DNA from: the human T2T-CHM13v2.0 reference genome, Homo sapiens
Assembly: GCF_009914755.1 (NCBI RefSeq)
Contig: NC_060929.1
Strand: one strand, 5' to 3'
Length of the DNA stretch: 64,000 nt
Both the position numbers and the translations under genes were made by a program. Positions 1 to 13,394 of this stretch are shown here, piece after piece (position 1 is the stretch's first letter; every line of letters begins with the position of its first letter). Under the pieces are notes generated by a model. The model was not told the DNA's origin. It did not search any database and saw only the letters and a list, made by a program, of their open reading frames with translations.

Positions 1-3000
1 TATTTTCTGACCTAAAATATGGTCTACCCTTGAGAATGATTTATGTCCTGAGGAGAAGAATGTGTTCAGCCTTTGGATGAAATGTTCTGTAAATATTTAT
101 TAGGTCCATTTGTTCTATAGGGCAAATTATGTCTGATGCTTCTTTATTGATTTTCTGTCTGGGAGATCTGCCCAATGCTGAAACACCCAATGCTGAAAGT
201 GGGGTGTTGAGGTCTACAGCTATTATTGTATTGGGATATATCTTTCTCTTGTCTCTTGTGCTCTAAAAATATTTGCTTTATATATCAGTGTTTTCCTGTG
301 TTGGTTATATATATATATTTACCAGCATTATATCCTCTTGCTGAATTGACCACTTTAACATTAAAGTGGTGATTTACCTTTTTTGCCTCTTTTTACAGTT
401 TTTGTCTTGAGATCTATTTTGTCTGATAAAAAGGATAGCTACTTCTGCTCTTTTTGGATTTCCCTAGCATAGATTATCTTTCTTTCATCTGTTTATTTTC
501 AGTCTATGTATGTCTTTATAGGTGAAGTGTACTTCTTGTAGCAACAGATAACTGAATCTTGCTGTTTTGGCAATTCAGCCAATCTATGCCTTTGATTTGA
601 GAGTTTAGTTCATTTACATTCACTGTTGTTATTGATAAGTAGGACTTCTGCTATTTTTTATTTGGTTTCTCATAGTTTTACAGTCTTCTCTTCCTTCTTT
701 CTTTCCTTCCTGTCTTTCCCTTAGTGAAGGTAATTTTTTCTGGTGGTATGGTTTGATTTCTTGCTTTTTATTTTTTTGTGTACCTGTGTAGGTTTTTGAT
801 TTGATTCTACCATGAGGCTTGCAAATGAGGCTTATGGACTATTATTTTAAACTGATAACAACTTTACACTCACTGCATATACAAACATGCAAAGAAAGCT
901 AATAATAACTCTACACTTTAACTTTCTCCCCTCTGGCGTTTTAACATGAGTTGTTTCTCTTCATATCTTATTGTACTATGTCTTGAAAAGTTGTTGTAAT
1001 TATTATTTTTGATTAATTTATCAATTAGTCTTTCTACTTACAATAACTGTAGTTTACAAACTATCATTACAGTGTTATGCTATTCTGTTTTTCTATGTAC
1101 TTACTATTAACAGTGAATATACCTTCACATGATTTCTTTTTGCTCATTAACATTGTTTTCCTTCAGATTGAAGGACTCTATCATTTCTTGTAGGATAGGT
1201 CTGGTATGAATTAATTCCCTCAGCTTTTGGTAGTCTTGGAAGGTCTTTATTTCTCCTTCATGCATGAAGAATAGTTTCTACAGATATGCTATTCTAGGGT
1301 AAAAGTTATTTTCCTTCAGCACTTGAAATAGTCATGGCACCCTCTCCTTGCCTGTAAGGTTTCCACTGAAAAGTCTGCTGCCAGACTTATTACCCCTCCA
1401 TTGTATGCTACTTGTTTCTTTTCTCTTGCTGCTGTTAGAATTCTTTCTTTACACTTAACCTTTGGGAGTCTGCTTATTCAATGCCTTGAGGTAGTCTTTG
1501 GGTTAATTCTGCTTGGTGTTCTATAACCTTCTTGTACTTGAATGTTGATATCTTTCTTTAGGTTTGGGAATTTCTCCTATATTATCCCTTTGAATAAATT
1601 TCCTATTCCTATATCTTTCTCTACTTCCTATTTAAGGTCAATAACACTTAGATTTGCCCTTTTGAGGATATTTTCTAGATCTCATAGGGATGTTTTATTG
1701 TTTTTCATTCTTTTCCTCTGTCTCCTCTGACTGTGTATTTTCAAATATCCTGTCTTCAAGCTCACTCATTCTTTCTTCTGCTTGGTCGGCTCTGTTATTA
1801 AGAGAATATGATGCATTCTTCAGCATGCCAATTGCATTTTTCAACTTTAAATTTTCTGCTTGATTATTTTAAACTATTTCAATCTCTTTGTTAAATGTAT
1901 CTGATAGGATTCTGAATTCATTTCCTGAGTTATCTTGAATTTCTTTGGGTTTCCTCAAAAGAGCTATTTTGAATTTTCTACATGAAAGGTCATGTATCTC
2001 TGTTTCTCTACTATTTGCCCCTGGTGACTTATTGAGTTCATTTGGTAATGTCGTGTTTACCTGGATTTTTTTCTGATACTTGTTTTTTGAAGCCTGGGCA
2101 TTGAAGAGTTAGGTATTTGTTGTAGTTTTCAGAATCTGTGCTTGTTTTTACCTGTCTTTCTTGGAAAGGCTTCCCAGGTGTTTGAAGGAACTTGCATCCC
2201 AAGCTCCTTAATGCTGTTCTTTTTGTTTGTTTGTTTGTTTGTTTTCAGATTCATGTAAATACCACCTTGGTGGTCTTGGATAAGATGTACAATAACTTTC
2301 TGGATTACTAGGCAGACACTCTTTAATTTACCTTACTTTCTCTCAAACAAACATAGTCTATCTCTGTGCTGAGCCTGGTGGAACTGAGAGTGTGGTGATA
2401 CATGCTCCCCTGTGGCCACCACCACTGGGACTGCGCAGTCTCAGACCTGAAGACAGTACAGCACTGGGTCTTGCCTAAGGTCCTTCCCTTCAGTGCAGCA
2501 AATTCCCCCAGGCCTCAGGAAGGTACAGAGATGCTGCCTGGGAGCCAGGGTTTGGAGTCAAAAACCTTGGCATTTCACTTGATGTTTTATTCTACTGTGG
2601 GTAAGCCAGTACTCACAAAATAATGTGAAGTTCTTCCTGCTCTGCCCTCTCCTTTCCACAGGCAGAAGAGCCTCTCCCTGTGGCCTCCACCACTACCAGC
2701 CCATGAGAGTGCCACCAGGCCACCTTCAATGTTCACTCAAAGCCCAAGGGCTCTTCCCTCAGCATGTGGTGAGTGCTGCCCAGGTTACACTCACCCTTTG
2801 GGGCAGTAGGCTCCCCTATAGCACAGGGTAGGTTCAGAAATGCTGTGCAAGAGCCTAGGCCTGAATATGGGGACCCTAAGAGCCTTCTTGTTGCTCTACC
2901 CCACTGTGGCTGAGCTGGTACCTAAGGTTCAAGATAAAGTCCCCTTTACTTTTTCCTCTGCTTTTCTCAAACAGAAGTCTTTCACTATAGCCACTACACC

Positions 3001-3990
3001 TTAGAATGTGCCGGGTCACCCCTGAAGCAGCCTGTCTCAGAGCCCAAGGCTCACATGTATTCCCTAGGTATCACTGCTGGTTATTCAGGGTCCAAGGGCT
3101 CTTTATTTAGCAGGTGATGAGTCCTGCCAAGACTGGGTCCTGTATTTCAAGGCACTGGGTCCCCTTTTCTTCAAAAGTGTGTCTAGAAATGTCCCAGAAT
3201 TAGTGCCTGGAATGGGAGCCTTATGAATCTGCTTGGGCTCTATTCTGTGGCTGATCTGGCATTTAAGATGTAAGACAAATTCCTCTTTACTCTTTGCTTT
3301 CCTCTCCTTAAACAGAAATAAGAGGTCACTTTTGTTGCTGCGAGCTGCACTGCCTGCGGTTGGATGAGGTATGGCACAAACACTTCTTTAGCCACCCCAG
3401 CTAATGTCTCCCTAGGTCATGTGGCACGATAGTTCATTGGCTCTAAGTCCAGCCTAGCACTAGGAGTTGCCTAGGAATTGCAGTCCTTGTATCTTAGACT
3501 GCCGTTCGGAGTTACCTAGGACCCCAGAGCACTTTGGCTTGTGAGGTTTGCAAGAAACTAATGTTCTGATGGCTGGGACAGATGATTCCCTTCTGGCTAG
3601 GGCTGGTCCAAATGTCCCCTCCATTTGGGCACTATCTGAGCCCAGCATGACTTAATTCTTCACTGTGACAGGGCAGCACTTAGTTCAATGCAAAGTGCCA
3701 TAGTCACTGTGTTCTCTTTCCCCAAAGTGCAAAGATTCTCTCTTGCTCCACAGGGACGCTTCTAGGGAATGGGGGAGGCTTGGCATTAGTGATTCAAGAC
3801 TATCTCTCTTGTCCTCCTCAATGCAACTTCTAGCAATATGAAGTTAAAACCAGGTACCATGACTTTTCATCTGATTTTTAGTTCTTGTGACAGTGTTTTT
3901 CTCTGTACAGATAGTTGGTAAAGTTTGGTGTTCCATTGGAGGGGATGAACAGTATAGGCTTCTATTCTACCATCTTGCTCCACCCCCTCT
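1..3990 (-). mobile_element. Old L1 (L1M1/L1M2, L1MA-type 5' half): 5'UTR, decayed ORF1 and start of ORF2; continues beyond the left edge
   Basis: The reverse complement of 3961-3990 reads GAGGGGGTGGAGCAAGATGGTAGAATAGA, a typical L1 5' terminus. Positions 1-600 resemble antisense endonuclease-region sequence and ~1100-2050 antisense ORF1, with many stops. Confidence 0.85.
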
Positions 3991-4425
3991 CACTATTAAT
4001 TCTTAATTTAGTTGTACAGCTTTGGGAAACATATTTTTGAAGTAATGTAACATGCTACAGAGAGTATGACATATTGAAGATAGTATTCTAAACTTGGCAT
4101 TTCTATCAACTTCATGTGAAGAAATATGACATGTGTTTTATAAAATTTAATTACATAATTATGCATTATATGTAATTTATGCATTATACAATTCATATCA
4201 AGTTATTTACAGTTTTTCATATAAATTACAATTTAAATAAAGGAAAGGTATCTATCTGACTATACAAATGGATGTGTAGGCATCAACATTATATTCAACA
4301 ATATTATATATCACATCAAGTTATACTTTTTTATGACAATGTGACATTATATATCAGTTTCAAACATACAGCTGAGAAATATACATTTATAGTTACGGGG
4401 ATAGATATGTTACTACAATGATAGC

Positions 4426-4783
4426 TGTATTACTAGTCCATTTTCATACTTCTATGAAGAAATATCTGAGACTGGGTAATTTATAAAGAAAAAGAGGTTT
4501 AATGGACTCACAGTTCCTCACGGCTGGGGAGGCCTCACAATCATGGCAGAAGGCAAAAGAAGGGCAAAGTCACATCTTATAAGGCAGCAGGCAAGAGAGA
4601 ATGTACAGGGGAACTGTCCTTTATTAAACCATCAGATCCTGTGAGACTTATTCACTATCATGAGAACAGTATGGGAAAAACCCACCCCCATGATTCAATT
4701 ACCTCCCACCAGGTCCCTCCCACAACACATGGGAGCTACAATTCAAGAGGAGACTTGAGTGGGGACACAGCCAAACCATATCA
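4426..4783 (-). mobile_element. THE1C-like MaLR solo LTR
   Basis: Termini TGTATT...GGGGACACAGCCAAACCATATCA; 5-bp TSD ATAGC (4421-4425) / GTAGC (4784-4788). Confidence 0.9.
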
Positions 4784-6149
4784 GTAGCAATTTGGATAAT
4801 GATGTCAATAGAAAACCAAATATAATAGTAAACAATTAAAATGTTAAAAAAGGGTTTATTTAAGATGTCTTTTATTATGATTAAAATTTTAGAATATCTA
4901 AGTATGGATAGAACATTTAGATGTGGTTCTATTTACACATAAGATACCTTTGAATAAATGCAGCTGGAAATATTTTACATTTGTTACATATTTTCAACAT
5001 TATAATAAAATTTATTTCAGATTTTCCTCTGACTTTTTATGTAAGAGTTTGAGTTGTTTAAACTTCATAAAACAATGACCAGGTTTATATTGTTTTGAAC
5101 TGTACATTTAAATTAACACCTTAATATTCAATTTTTTGTTGTTTATGTCATTTTATTTCTGTACTTTAAGATATAGACCTAAAATCAATTCCTTTCTGAG
5201 AATTTTTCTCTGAACACATTGCTCACAAGCTAAGATCAACCTGCTTTTTATCTGATTACACATATCACTTCTGATACCCAAATCTTTCAAACAGAACCTG
5301 CAAAGAATAACTAATAGAAATCTGAGCTGGCACTACAAAATTCTAATGATAAAGTTATTGTCATTTTTCAGTTTTACAAAATTTAGGATATAGGAAACCA
5401 GATCTTGCTACCTCTTCCTTAGAAACTATGATGCTTTCATGGAGTTCAGCAGCATATTTGTTAAAGGGAAAAACACTAAATAATAATGATAGTACATACC
5501 CTTATTTTTTCAGAATCCAAATAATAAATAATCTTATTTCATCTTAGAGTCTTTAATAAGTCATGATGCCACCAACTATGGGCAGTTATAATGCCTACTT
5601 TTCTCCAAAATTATCTGAATTGGCCCTAAAAAAGTATTGAAAGTTTTTTTAATAGCAAGAATGTGTTATTTTTATGTTCTTCTTTTCTAAGAATGGCACC
5701 ATTGGAGCACATAGGAAGAAAGACACACCCTAGATACAAGATCTGCATAATTAAATATAAAGCTGAATTAGAAATAAATTAAAATATTAAAATAGTAGAA
5801 CATTAACAAGAAGCCTTTAATACAAAAAGGTAAGAAATGATTATCACTAAGTACTGCTATTACAATAGTTTTTATTAAGGAGATTTAAAGAGAAGCAAAT
5901 ATGTGTATCTCAATGAAATTGACAATAGCACATGATTAAAATTAATGTGTTTTCCAAATTAAAAAACAATCTACTAGAATTTGAAAGGATACATTTGTAA
6001 TCTAAGACAGAATGTACTCTCAGAGCAACATCAATCTCATCCTCAATCATAAATTATTAAAGTCATTTTAATTAAACAGACAGTAGACAATTATATCTTC
6101 AAACCTCCTTTATTATTTCCTGTATATTAGGAAATTGTATGTAATACAA

Positions 6150-6420
6150 TCAGATATGTGAACAATACAAGTTTTCAATATTGAAAAGGAAAAATAATCT
6201 CAATTTATATATATAATAATCATCTACTTGGAAAACTCAAAAAGAGCAACTGAGAATATTTTAGAGCTAATAAGATTAGTAAACTGGTCAACCAAATAAT
6301 AAAAATACATTACAATTAATCAGTTCTCTAATTAAGGTGATAAAAATTAGATATTGTTAGGAAAAATCACTCTATTTACAGTGATGTCATACTCCAAAAA
6401 TAAATTCAAATAGCCTGATG
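6150..6420 (+). mobile_element. Very old L1 (L1ME-like) ORF2 fragment
   Basis: ATCATCTACTTGGAAAACTCAAAAAGAGCAACTGAGAATATTTTAGAGCTAATAAG resembles the L1 RT segment YLENPKESTKKLLELI. Confidence 0.5.
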
Positions 6421-7769
6421 TTCTTTCCTATAATGGACTAATGCTGTAAATGTAAATACTTTCAGGGCCTAGAATTTAATTAAGTGTGTAGTTCAACGAA
6501 CCAAAGTTGACCCAGAAATATTCTGGCAGCATCTTGTCTGTCATAAAAGTCATTTGATTTGCAAGTGAGGATGCTGTGTTAATATTCAAGGAAGAAATTA
6601 TAGCCTGTAAATAGAGAATAAATATAGATCAATATTTACGTGGAATCATCAGGAAATGACAAGTTCTATAAGAGTACGTTTTAGATGATAAAGATTATGA
6701 AGATGTTGATGATACTCCAAATTAAATTCAGAAAACATTTATTGCAATTTCACCTCAATTTCTGACAATCTACAATGACAAATGTGACATCGTGTGTTTC
6801 AAGTATCTTAACAAACTAGAGTTGAGGATACAACTGTCAATAGGCAAACTATGGTACTTTCAATTATAATAGAATCATTTTTTTATAGTTCAGAGTTAGA
6901 AAAAATTAATTCTGATGGTGGGACAAGTCATCAAATTTTCCAAACTGGAAGATAAAATGGTAGTTTTGAGTCATAAAGGTTGAAAACCACAGTGTTGCAC
7001 AGTTACTGCCTTGAGTAGGTTTTAGCTTAATTAATAATAATACTCATATATCTTCCACTCAGTTGAATACTTTCTACGGTATTTGAATATTTTGATATTC
7101 TATATTTAAATGAATAGGGAGTATATGAGGCATGCCTCGTACTTTTATTTTATAGATTAAAAAATAGTGCCTTGAATTGCTATAGAGATGGTTCATAATT
7201 ATTAGGCAGTTGCAAAATCAATACCAAAAATTAGGCAAAGATTTTTTTAATGTTCATGTCAGCGTTTTATCTCCCCCATCCATCCCCTTGAATACCATGG
7301 TGACATTCAGTTCAAAAATAATATTTTGAACATATACTATGATGATACAAAGAACTTTCTGGAATGTTCAAGTTATAGATCTGCTCTATTAGTAGCCTTC
7401 TTTATACTATGCATCCTCCATATGTTTATATGAATGAATCAGGATCTGAATATTAAAGTGCAGTTGACACAGTTGATAGCTTTATTCCATGCTATTCAAC
7501 AAATCATATGTCAGGAAAAAAATGTTATGCATTAGAGTCTCCTGACAGATTACTATTACATGTTATCCACCATACAAAACTTAAAGAAAAAACCCTCAAA
7601 TATGCTAGTTCTAAAGGCAGCTTTTATTAGCCTCTAAATGCAGCTTTTATTAGCAAGTGTAATGAGGTATGTAGAAGCAAAAGTATACAAAAGACATATG
7701 TAAGGAAAATATTAGAAAACTGTAAAGAAACGGACAGGCTACAGAAGCAGGACCATTAAAAATGATAAT

Positions 7770-7893
7770 GGCTGATGGCTCATGCCTATAATCCCAGCAC
7801 ATTGGGAGGCCACTTGAGTCCAGGAGTTTGAGGTCAGCCTGGGCAACATAGTGAGATATTGTGTCTACCAAATAATAATACAAATAAAAATAA
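7770..7893 (+). mobile_element. Alu left monomer (FLAM/AluJ fragment)
   Basis: GGCTCATGCCTATAATCCCAGCAC...CAGGAGTTTGAGGTCAGCCTGGGCAACATAGTGAGA followed by an A-rich tail. Confidence 0.85.
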
Positions 7894-8156
7894 TAAGGTG
7901 ATGATGGTTACCAAGGACTATAGAAATCTTCGATATGCTGTCTTTTTAAATGGTTATCTCCCTGGGTGTCCTTTGTTTGTGATGTCATTGTGCCAGCTTA
8001 GTCATCATTCCTCTCAAAGTACAGTTTTAATTGACTATTTTGTACATTCTGTGTTATGAGAAACAGAGACCCACAATTAAAGGAGACCTACAACTAAAAA
8101 TAATAACCAAATATGAGTAAATACATTGTCAGATCCTAAGGAGACGGATTCTTCTT

Positions 8157-9940
8157 CTTTTTTAATAATTTCAACTTTTGTTTCAGTTGTAGGCAAGCAT
8201 GTGCAGGTTTGTTACATGGGTATATAGTACCCAGGTGGTGAGAACAGTACCCAATATGTAGTTTTTCAGACCACATCGTCCCTCCTCTAGTCGTCTATTG
8301 TTTATTCTTCCTATGTTTATGTCCATGTGTGCTCAATGTTCAGCTCCGACTTACAAGTAAGAGCGTGTGGTATTAGGTTTTCTGTTCCTGTCTTAATTCA
8401 CTCTGGATTAAGGCCTCCAGCTTTATCTATGTTGCTGCAAAGGATTTTATTTTTTATTGTGGCTGGGTAGTATATGTATGATATTTTCTTTATCCAATCC
8501 ACCATTGGTGGGGACCAAGGTTGATTCTATGTCTTTGCTACTGTGAATAGCATGCTGATGAACATGAGGTCTTATTGGTATGATGAATTTTTCTTTGGCC
8601 ATATACTCAGTAATGGGACTGATGGGTCAAATGGAACCTTTGTTTAAAGCTTTTTGAGAAATTTTCAAACTGCTTTCCACAGAGGCTAAACTAATTTACA
8701 TTTCCACTAACAGTATGTAAATGTTTACTATTCTCTGTGGCCTCACCGGCATCTGTTGCTTCTTTGACTTTAGTAATGGCCATTCTAATTGGTATGTGAT
8801 ATTATCTCATTGTGGTTTTGATTCACATTTTCTTTAGATTGATGATGATTAGTATACTTTCATATGTTTGTTGTTCACCTGTGTGTCTTCTTTGCAGAAG
8901 TGTCTATTCATATCATTTGACCATTTTTTTTTTTGCATTTTGGGTTATTTGGTTTTGCTTGTTGATTTATTTAACTTCCTTATAGATTCTGGATATTAGA
9001 CCTTTATCAAATGCACAGTTTGCAAGTATTTTAACCTATGCTAACCTATGCTATACGATGTCTGTTTAGTCTGTTAATAGTTTTTCTTGCTGTGCAGAAG
9101 ATCTTTAGTTTAATTAGGTCCCTCTTGTCAATTTTTGTTTTTGTTGCAGTTGCTTTTAGAGGCTTAGTCAAAATTTCTTTGCCAAGGTTAATGTTGAGAA
9201 GGGCATTTTATAGGTTTTCTTTTAGGATTTTTATAACTTGAGGTCTTACATTTGAATTTTTTATGAAAATCAGTAGCATTTCAATACACCAATAACACTC
9301 AGGCTGAGAGACAAATCAAGAACACATCCCATTTTCAATAGCCACAAAGAAAATGAAATACCTAGGATTACAGTTAATGAAGCAGGTGAAAGATCTCTAC
9401 AAGGAGAACTAGAAAACACTGCTGAAAGAAATCAGAGATAGGGCAATAAATGAAAAACATACATACCGTGCTCATGAATTGGAGCAATCAATATTGTTAA
9501 CCTGGCCATACTTCCCAAAGAAATTTACAGATTCAACACTATTCCTATTAAACTACTGTCATTCTTCACAGAATTTAAAAAAAAAAACTATTCTAAAATT
9601 CACATGCAAAAACAAAAAGTCTGGTTAACCAAAACATCCTAAGTCAAAAGAACAAAGCCAGAAGCATCACGTTATCTGACTTCAAAGTATATTACAAGGC
9701 TACAGTAACCAAAACAGCATGGTACTGGTACAAAAATACATACACAGACTAATGGAACAGAATGCAAAACACAGAAGTGAAGCCACACAACTGCAACTAC
9801 CTGATCTTCAACAAGGCTGCCAAAAACAAGCAAGGGGAAAAGGACTCTTTATTAAATAAATGGCACTGGGATAACTGGCTAGCCATATGCAGAAGAATGA
9901 AACTGGATCCCTACCTTTCACCATATGCAAAAATTACTCG
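8157..9940 (-). mobile_element. 5'-truncated, 5'-inverted L1 (L1PA15/16-L1PB age)
   Basis: Antisense 3'UTR and ORF2 end at ~8157-9262, then sense ORF2 at ~9263-9945. Flanking duplication GAGACGGATTCTTCTT (8141-8156) / GAGATGATTCTTCTT (9940-9954). Confidence 0.9.
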
Positions 9941-10249
9941 AGATGATTCTTCTTAAGTAAACTTTTTCAACTTAAATGCATAGACTATATTTAGTCTATT
10001 TAGCCTCTACTGGGCTTTTTAACTTAATCTCTTATTTATTATTTTTAAAGTATATCTTACATATTTCAATGTGTTGTTTAATCGAGTTTTCTGAAAAAAA
10101 AAATAGACATTTTTATTTTGAAGAAGTTATCACCTAGATCACATTTATGTACCCAAAACAATATTGGCTATTCTTTACAAAAATAACCATGGCACTCTTT
10201 TAAGTGAGTTAGAGAAAATTCCTAATTTTATTCTAACAAAAACTAAATG

Positions 10250-10350
10250 AAATAGGTATTCTTATTTTCTGCTTGACAGACAAGGAATGTAAAGCTTAGA
10301 TAGGTTAAATTGCTGTCCAAGATCCCACATGTATTAGTGGTAGAATTTAA
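10250..10350 (-). mobile_element. MIR fragment
   Basis: GACAGACAAGGAATGTAAAGCTTAGATAGGTTAAATTGCTGTCCAAGATCCCACA resembles the MIR core. Confidence 0.65.
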
Positions 10351-10854
10351 TTGTAGAATTTAATTAGAGGAGTACCTGCTGTATATGTAATTGCATATTG
10401 ATAACTTTTCTTCAGTGTATGAAGGTATAAAAGAATGAGTGCTGATCTCACATATCAGTTTCACTTTGATATTTGATTCTTTGATATACTTTGATTATTG
10501 ATACTTTCCGCCAAAAATGTGATATGGGAAATTGACTCATGCCAAAGCCCATACTTTCACTCTAATGCTACACTTTGCAAACACATGAGTTGCAGATATA
10601 TAGGATAGTTCTTTATAATTTTTTTCTAACAGAGGTCCTGAAGTTCAATGCAATAAGCTTATAATTTAGTGTATAATTTTTAAAAGGTTTAGGGATATGA
10701 AGCCTTGATGAAATTCTATAATAACTATAATACAGTAAAATTAAAATGGTCATAGGTTATTTAAAAAGTCATTGTCTAATTACAGGAGTATAAATCTAGT
10801 TTTATCACTAATGACCAACAGGTGTTTGCAATTTTATATTACTTGTTAGACCTC

Positions 10855-11040
10855 AGAACCTTAGAAATAAATGGGATCATAGAGGACAGATATTTCAGTC
10901 TCTACTATAATATAACAACCTTTTAAAACACTCTTGACAGATGTCTAGTTAAACTTTGTTCAGATATTTCCAGTGATAAGGAACTCACCACTTATTAAGG
11001 TATCCTGTTCAATTTTAAAAGACCTTAGCTGCTGTTCATA
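10855..11040 (-). mobile_element. CR1/L3 fragment
   Basis: CTTGACAGATG...TCCAGTGATAAGGAACTCACCACTT...CTGTTCAATTTT resembles the antisense CR1/L3 3' region. Confidence 0.55.
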
Positions 11041-11454
11041 ATCTTTCATAAGACTCAGTCGATTATAGATTTTATAGCTATAATTATAAATACTATAAAT
11101 TAATTCTGCAGATTCAAACATAATAGCCAGCTATAGTGATTTAACTCTATTCCTGCTGGTTCAATTTACTGACTGATATAGACAACATTTAATTTAGAAC
11201 TCTAATATTCTGACTTAATGTATCTGCCATAATTCTGTCTTAAATATGTAAGAGTGGCCTAATAGCTTACACTACTTTAATGAGAATTGCACAGTAACCC
11301 TTCCATTTGCCCATTTTTAGGAATCTACAGCACAGAAAATAAACCTGAGACATTTTTGATAGCAGTGTCGCAAATATCAAAACATTTTGGGGCACAATCA
11401 ACAAATAATTCTTGACTAAATTATACAGTACTAATTACATGGAATAAGGAATGT

Positions 11455-11643
11455 TATCTATCTATCATCTATCTATCTATGTGTGATCTATCTATGTGAT
11501 CTATCTATCATCTATCTGTCTATCTATGGTCTATCAATGTGATCTATCTATCTATCTATATGTGATCTATCAATGTGATCTATCTATCTATCTATGTGTG
11601 ATCTATCAATGTGATCTATCTGTCTATCTATCTGTGTATCTAT
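11455..11643. repeat. Compound (TATC)n tetranucleotide STR with recurring (CAA)TGTGATC interruptions
   Basis: Directly visible. Confidence 0.95.
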
Positions 11644-11717
11644 GACGAATACAAGATATAGGTCTGGAGGGTCATGGAAGTTATAGAATGGTGTGGGCAT
11701 TACGATGATTTAAAAGT

Positions 11718-11860
11718 ACTTTTATTGTGGCTAATTATACATAACACTAAACTTACCATTTCAACTATTTATAAGTTGAATTGGCACAATTTAATGGATA
11801 AGTACAATTTTAATAACATTAAGTAAATGCATAATGTTAGGTAACTATTGCCACATTAAA
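11718..11860 (-). mobile_element. Old L1M 3' end fragment
   Basis: TTTTTATTGTGGCTAATTATACATAACACTAAACTTACCATTT is a typical antisense L1MB/L1MC terminus. Confidence 0.6.
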
Positions 11861-12789
11861 AATGTTTAAGAAAGGTTGAGAAAAACAGATTATAGGTATT
11901 TTCTCATACTGGAAGAGTTAAATAGTAGCAGAAAGATGAGCTGAGCATGAAATATGGTATTAATGAGAAATATGTGAAAAGTTGAAAATACGTGAAAGTA
12001 TGTGAAAAATTTGAAACATGAACAATAGTCTGAAAATTCTTACATCAAGGAGAAAAATATGTATAAATTTCTCCTTGTTTTGAAAGAACAAGTTCTCAAA
12101 TGAAAAGGCTTTTAGGATAACAAACAAGATGAATGAAGAAAGCTATCTAGAACAATTATAATCAAACTTCAGGACCCCCAGTGGGCAAATATACAAGCAT
12201 TCTCAGAACATAAGGTTCACAATGGTTGGCATTTTCTTTTTAATATTTAATTATCTTTCTTTAACTCTTAGAATAATACTTTCTTTATATATAAGTGCCT
12301 ATTAGTGATATTTGTGTAATGAATGAATAAGTGTCAAATCTCACATATTAGTTATATTTTGATATTTTATGTTTTATATATTTTGTTTATTCTTTTTCTT
12401 GAGGACATAGGTTGGAGGGTGGGCAGGGGAGGCATAACAGGAACTTTAAACAAGAACAGAGAAAATCTATAAATTGAGCATTCCAATAACTTTTATGTGT
12501 TGCCTTAGTAAAAAAACAAAATACTATTTTAAAATTGAAAGTCATTAGATTGTAGCAGGCTAATGAGACTGAATGAGGCAACAAACACATCTTTTACAGT
12601 CAGACCATCTTATTATTCAAATCCAGTTGATTCAACATTAAGGGCACTCTAAATTTTAAAGGGATAATTTTGAAGAGCAAGTGGAAATATCTGTACCTGA
12701 ATTCTGGTATTGGTTTTGCAACTGCTTGATGATTTCAAACAAACTTTACAACAATGTTGTGTTTCTGCCTGAAGATATTCTTCAACCAT

Positions 12790-13147
12790 TGAAGTATTCT
12801 CACTAGTAAATGGAGCAAGTCAAGAGGCAGAGATGTTAAGGCTCTAGAAGCAACCCTCAGCCAAAGAAGTACACAAATTGGTGGATAAATACTCCAACTT
12901 TTTCACCTCTTGTTGGAAAAAATTAGAGGCATATTCTACAGTTGCTTATAGGGTTCCCAGTGAGATTGAGCCTCAGTTGGCCACTGTATTTAACTCACTC
13001 ATGAGTGTATGTTTTACTGATTTTTCTCCCTTTTTAACTTCATTTTCCTGCTCCATTACCAGGATTTATTGAGTCATCTTTCAAATAAACTATTTGTGTC
13101 CACATCCTTTCTTAGACTTAGACTTTGGTGGAATCCCAGGTAAAACA
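12790..13147 (+). mobile_element. LTR16-family (ERVL) solo LTR
   Basis: GGTGGATAAATACTCCAACTT, and a 3' end CAAATAAACTATTTGTGTCCACATCCTTTCTTAGAC...GGAATCCCAGGTAAAACA matching LTR16. Confidence 0.7.
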
Positions 13148-13230
13148 CAATTTAATGTTATAATAAGAAAAAAAGCTTTAAAATCAAACAAAAATCTAAA
13201 TTTCTCTGAAAGAAAAACCTAGCAAGAGAG

Positions 13231-13376
13231 TACACCATATATATACATATACACACACATATATATATATACATATATACGTGTATATATGTATATATAT
13301 GTATACATATATACACGTATATATATGTATACATATATATGTGTGTGTATATGTATATATATGGTGTATATATATA
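13231..13376. repeat. TA/CA/TG low-complexity tract arranged as a near-perfect palindrome
   Basis: 13231-13266 is the exact reverse complement of 13333-13368. Confidence 0.95.
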
Positions 13377-13394
13377 ACCTAAAAGGTAATTATT

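Noticed and set aside
171-198. CCCAATGCTGAAA tandem duplication (similar small ones at ~9033, ~10341 and ~22619)
   Set aside because: Ordinary slippage duplications in neutral DNA.
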